A stretch of DNA of 64,000 nt from Flaccisagitta enflata (taxonomy: Eukaryota): assembly GCA_965153355.1 (NCBI GenBank), contig OZ231126.1:23436001-23500000 (forward strand), read 5' to 3'. The translations under genes and the position numbers were made by a program. The stretch's first letter is position 1. Each line of letters opens with the position of its first letter. The notes under the pieces are model-generated. The model saw only the letters and a list, made by a program, of their open reading frames with translations. It did no database searches and was not told the origin of the DNA. This document shows, piece by piece, positions 59,799 to 64,000 of the stretch.

Positions 59799-61189
59799 CT
59801 TTTTTTTTTGCGCTTTCCTAAATCCAAAATATTTTGATCGATGTTTCCCACACGTCGAGAAGGGAAAAAAGAACTCTGAAAAGGCCTTGTTTTGACTGAA
59901 ATAGAAAAAAAAGAGAGCGAAAAAAGAGAGAAACAAGGAAGAGGGGGAGAAGGTAGAAAGATAAGGAAGAATTGGGTATTTTGTGGGTTCTTTCCTCGGA
60001 AACAATGGCAGGAGAAGTCTGAATATGCTGATTTTTTTTTTGAGGGGGCTTTTATCTCATTCACAGATTGTGAGTAAATATCTTTTGACATAAAAGTACC
60101 AGTGATGGAGTTTTACTCTATCTGACTATTGGAAATATCCAAAAAAAAGGACTTGTTTTTTTTAGAATGGAGAGATGTTGTGCACTTTTTTGTTTGATTG
60201 AAGACATATTCATTTGGTTTATTTTTTCATAATTTTTTTGCATCTTAAATAACACGCACAAGTCGATGGTCGGGCCTGTTTGTTAACATACCATAAAACA
60301 TAAAACAGAATTCATAGATGTTTTATGGTCACAAAACTACATCAGATTCTTAGATTCATTTCGTCTTTCGCAGGGAAAAGTTGGTTGTCATTTTCCGGGA
60401 CTGTTGGTTCATAGCTTTTCCGCTTTGAGGTTTTTTGCATCATTGTGTTGTTCAACTCAACAGGCGTTCCTTGGCGCCAATCAGTGGCACGGCATGTGTG
60501 CATTTCGCCGCTCATTTCAAATTCAATTTTGGTTTGCCACCATTTTGTAGCACAAGTGCTGTTCATCGACATTTTGTAGTTATAAATTATAAATTTGAGA
60601 GACAACCCAAACGTTGTCCTCTCCTATTTTATGACACAGCTTAAATGTCCTCGTTTGTAACTATCTCGATCCTTTCTAAACGCCATTTTGTGACCCAGCA
60701 TGAGTGTTGATCGATACCATTTTGTGACACAGCTTTGGTGTTGTTCGCCAACATTTTGTGAGACAGCTGATGTGGAGTTTGTCGCCATTTTTTTGCACAG
60801 CTTGTGACATAGACGAAGTGTTGTGTTTCACCATTTTCTGACACAGTTTCAGTGTTGTTTCTCGGCGTCGATTTGTGGCTAGAGAGGGAAAAAAAATTCT
60901 TTGCTGAGTGAGTTTGAAAAGCGGGAAGGGAAAAACAACGCGGATTGTGTTTTGACTGAGAATAAATGGATTTCGGCCAAGATTCAAAACCTTGAATACG
61001 AAATTGTTTGCTTTCGCCGAATGTGGAAATGGCAGGCACTAAGGAATTGGTGGTGGAAGGGTTAGGGGGCTAGAGGGCGGCGTTGGGGGGAAGACGTAGA
61101 GGACCAGGGAGACCATGAACAGGGGAAAACAAGAAAGGGGAGGTAGAATCAGCGGGGTGACTGCAAACTCTGCAGTGCAAAGAGTCAAA

Positions 61190-61402
61190 GAAATAGAAAT
61201 GGCGATATTGTGTAAGGAAAGGAGGGGAAGAGATCGAAGGCAGAGGAGAATGAAGGGGTAAGAATTTAGAGGAAAACAGTTGAAATAGAAATAGAAATAG
61301 AAATAGAAATGGCGATATTGTGTAAGGAAAGGAGGGGAAGAGATCGAAGGCAGGGGAGAATGAAGGGGTAGAGGAAGGGGTAGAGGAAAACAGTTGAAAT
61401 TC
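61190..61402. repeat. Tandem duplication of about 110 bp, purine-rich
   Basis: GAAATAGAAATGGCGATATTGTGTAAGGAAAGGAGGGGAAGAGATCGAAGGCAG occurs twice. Confidence 0.85.
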
Positions 61403-61729
61403 TGTGGGAATAAAGAACAAGATAGAGAGGAAGAAGAAGAAGAAGAAGAAGCAGAAGGAGAAGAAGAAAAAGAAGTAGAAGAGGAAGAAGGAGAAAAAGA
61501 AAAAGAAAAAGAAAACCAAGACTCCTCACCAGCAACATAAAGCCTAATTAGAGCAGTCTGACCGATATTTCCACAATACAAGATTTGGTCTCTTGTTGCC
61601 TCAAAGTAAAAAAAATGATACAGCTGCGCCCAAAAAGGAAGGATTAAGGCTAAACAAAGTTAATCGTTTACAGGACTGCAAAAAAATCTTGCTGTGTGGT
61701 CACTTTTGCTGCAATGCCATGCAATGCAG

Positions 61730-61843
<114 letters not shown>

Positions 61844-62017
61844 GTCTCTGCTGATCGACGTTAGATGCCGCCTTTGCCCTTGCCCTCTGCGACACAGAAA
61901 GCGGGTTTTTCTGGTCTCAATTCGATGTGACTCATCCAGCCACCCAAAAAGAGGAGAAGATCTAAGAAAATTCTAGAATTTAGAATGACGGATTGAGACT
62001 AAGAGAATGACAAAAAT

Positions 62018-62287
62018 GGGTCTACGTTTACAAGAGGACCACACTTAAAAAACTAGGGAATGTCTTTTGCTTTTGACGCTACTTGCTCCTACCGTCTATA
62101 ATTTGACTCTCATTCTCGTTCATCTGCATCTCTCGCGCATCGAAATATTGATTTGATTGTTGATATAGGGTTAGGGCAGCGATGTATGGCAAGGGACTTC
62201 AGGGACATCACGTGACGTCCCTGCTGTCGGGCTTGAAAGTTTGTCGGGCTTGAAATTGTATAGTGAACAAATTTTGAAGGAAGGGGA

Positions 62288-62380
<93 letters not shown>

Positions 62381-63187
62381 AAGAGAGAGAGTGGCAGACA
62401 GACAGACAAACAAACAGACAGACTGACAGATACACACAACAGAAAAACTTTATTGAATCAAATCCTATGGGGGAAATAATAAATTAGTTTGCAAAACGAA
62501 ATGAGGCAAGGGCTTGATTGATATGTGATGAAGATTAGCATGCTTTGCCCCCACCTTCTATTCAGTTTTTCTAGATACTTTTTTTGCACAATACACTAAA
62601 TTGTATGAATCAATTGAAAACAGATCTAAATGATAAAGAAATAACCTACTCGTTTGTTTGTCACGTTTTGTCTAGTATTGGCTTAGAAAGCATAGAAATC
62701 ATAGCAAATCAGTTAAAAGGCTGTCTTGCTTAGATTGGCTGTCGTGCTTAGAATTGGCATTGAAGTCCCTAGGCTCCAAGCTGCCATACATCGCTGGGTT
62801 AGGGATTGGTTGGGGGTAGGGTTGGGTTTGGTAGGGTTGGGTTTAGGGCTAGGGTTGGGTTTAGGGTTAGGGGTCGGGTTGGATTTAGGGAAAGAGGTAG
62901 GGTTGGGTTTAGGGGTAAGAGGGGTTTAGGGGTAGGGGGGTTGTGGGGGGGATTAGGGGTAGGGGAAGGTGGGGAGTTAGGGGTAGGGTTGGGTTTAGGG
63001 TAGGGTTGGGTTTTGGGTTAGGTTTAGGGGTAGGGTTGGATTTAGGGGGTGGGGGGGGTTAGGGTAGGGGTGGGAATGGTTGAATTTGTGGATTTTATTT
63101 CAGATATGTACCAGTGCACACTGTTTGGCGAAAAAGACTCGGTTACAGACACTAAAAAAAGTGTGGTCCTCTTGTAAACCTTTGCTC
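62018..63187. mobile_element. Unclassified TIR element with an internal telomere-like G-rich array
   Basis: Inverted repeat core GTTTACAAGAGGACCACACTT / AAGTGTGGTCCTCTTGTAAAC. Flanking direct repeat AAAAAT (6 bp), or CAAAAATG (8 bp) depending on where the boundary is placed. GGGTTAGGG/GGGTAGGG variants at 62797-63075. Confidence 0.75.
62177..62796. mobile_element. hAT-type MITE nested in the telomere-like array
   Basis: Perfect 15-bp TIRs CAGCGATGTATGGCA and exact 8-bp TSD GGTTAGGG (62169-62176 and 62797-62804). Confidence 0.92.
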
Positions 63188-64000
63188 AAAAATGTTTACT
63201 TTTTGATTTCGAAATTCTGAAGGAGAAAAGTATGAGATGAAAAGAAATAGAAGAGAAATACAGAGATGGAAATAAAGGTGGGCATTTCTTGATTCCTTCA
63301 AATAAGCATTTAAAAGAATTACTTTGACTATCTTTTCTACTGTGACAAAATTACTTCCAATTCCACTGAAGCTCGAATTGCAAAAGACACTAGTTATTTT
63401 TCATTCCACTGAAGCACTAGGGTGTGCTTCAGTGGAAATAATTTCAACGCAAGCACGAATTTTGTAATTAAGAGGATGCCCCGAAAATGGTCTATTTATT
63501 GAATCACGATTTCCGGGCCGGAAATTAGGCCAGTCAAAGCCCATTCCACTGAAGCACGACCTCGTTCTTCAGTGGAATTGGAATTCGTGCTTTAGTGGAT
63601 TAACTCTTGACATCTTTTAATACTGCAATTGACCTCTTTTTATGCTGCAATGAAATAAGAAGTCACTAAGGTATTTTTTGATTGGTTGCAAATATGTCAG
63701 TGGAATAAGAAAATTGTTTAATTCTTATTTCAAATTTTCTGTTTCTTTTATCAATGAATAATTCCCTATACTCATTTTTCTCCTATCAATTTTGGTTTTA
63801 AAGGAAAATAAATTTTTTCACATACCATTGTTTCTTATCTAAATAATGAAAACTTAGCAAATTTAAAAAAATGTTTTCTTTTTAATTTCGAAATTCTCAA
63901 GGAGAAAAGAATGAGATGAAAAGAAATAGAAGAGAAATACAGAGATGGAAATAAAGGTGGGCATTTCTTGATTCCTTCAAATAAGCATTTAAAAGAATTA
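63188..64000. repeat. Direct repeat with a 679-bp period, truncated by the window end
   Basis: ATTTCGAAATTCT...GCATTTAAAAGAATTA at 63206 recurs at 63885. The interior has inverted TTCCACTGAAGC motifs and is homologous to about 47190-47350 in reverse orientation. Confidence 0.75.

Noticed and set aside
62797-63075. True telomere or chromosome-fusion scar
   Set aside because: The repeats are degenerate, single-orientation and enclosed by TIRs.

Overview
This is eukaryotic (invertebrate-animal-like) AT-rich genomic DNA, saturated with microsatellites and small DNA transposons, with one assembly gap (48426-48435). It is not prokaryotic: I found no rRNA, tRNA or CRISPR array, and nearly all listed ORFs are microsatellite artefacts. 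Three gene-like loci were read by hand. (1) An intronless 1677-aa C2H2 zinc-finger protein (7961-12994, -) with poly-Asn tracts and many SUMO-interacting-motif-like peptides. (2) A complete 4-exon gene (21891->19655, -) for a 194-aa secreted protein: signal peptide, Asn-layer coiled coil and H-type-lectin-like domain. The ORF track does not show it as a single ORF. (3) Three phase-compatible exons of a Ulp1/C48 SUMO-protease-like gene (49566-50778, +), apparently disrupted and followed by a LINE remnant. The rest comprises many Helentron-type non-autonomous elements (HINE/DINE-1 architecture; several subfamilies, some carrying minisatellite or satellite cargo or expanded foldback arms), hAT MITEs with exact 8-bp TSDs, Tc1/mariner MITEs with TA TSDs, degraded hAT and Tc1 transposase fragments, and a TIR element carrying telomere-like G-rich repeats. 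Family assignments come from motif recognition by eye; no database search was run. I cannot demonstrate a wholly new system. The best candidates are the multi-SIM zinc-finger protein (with a nearby SUMO-protease relic), the coiled-coil lectin, and the modular satellite-carrying HINEs.
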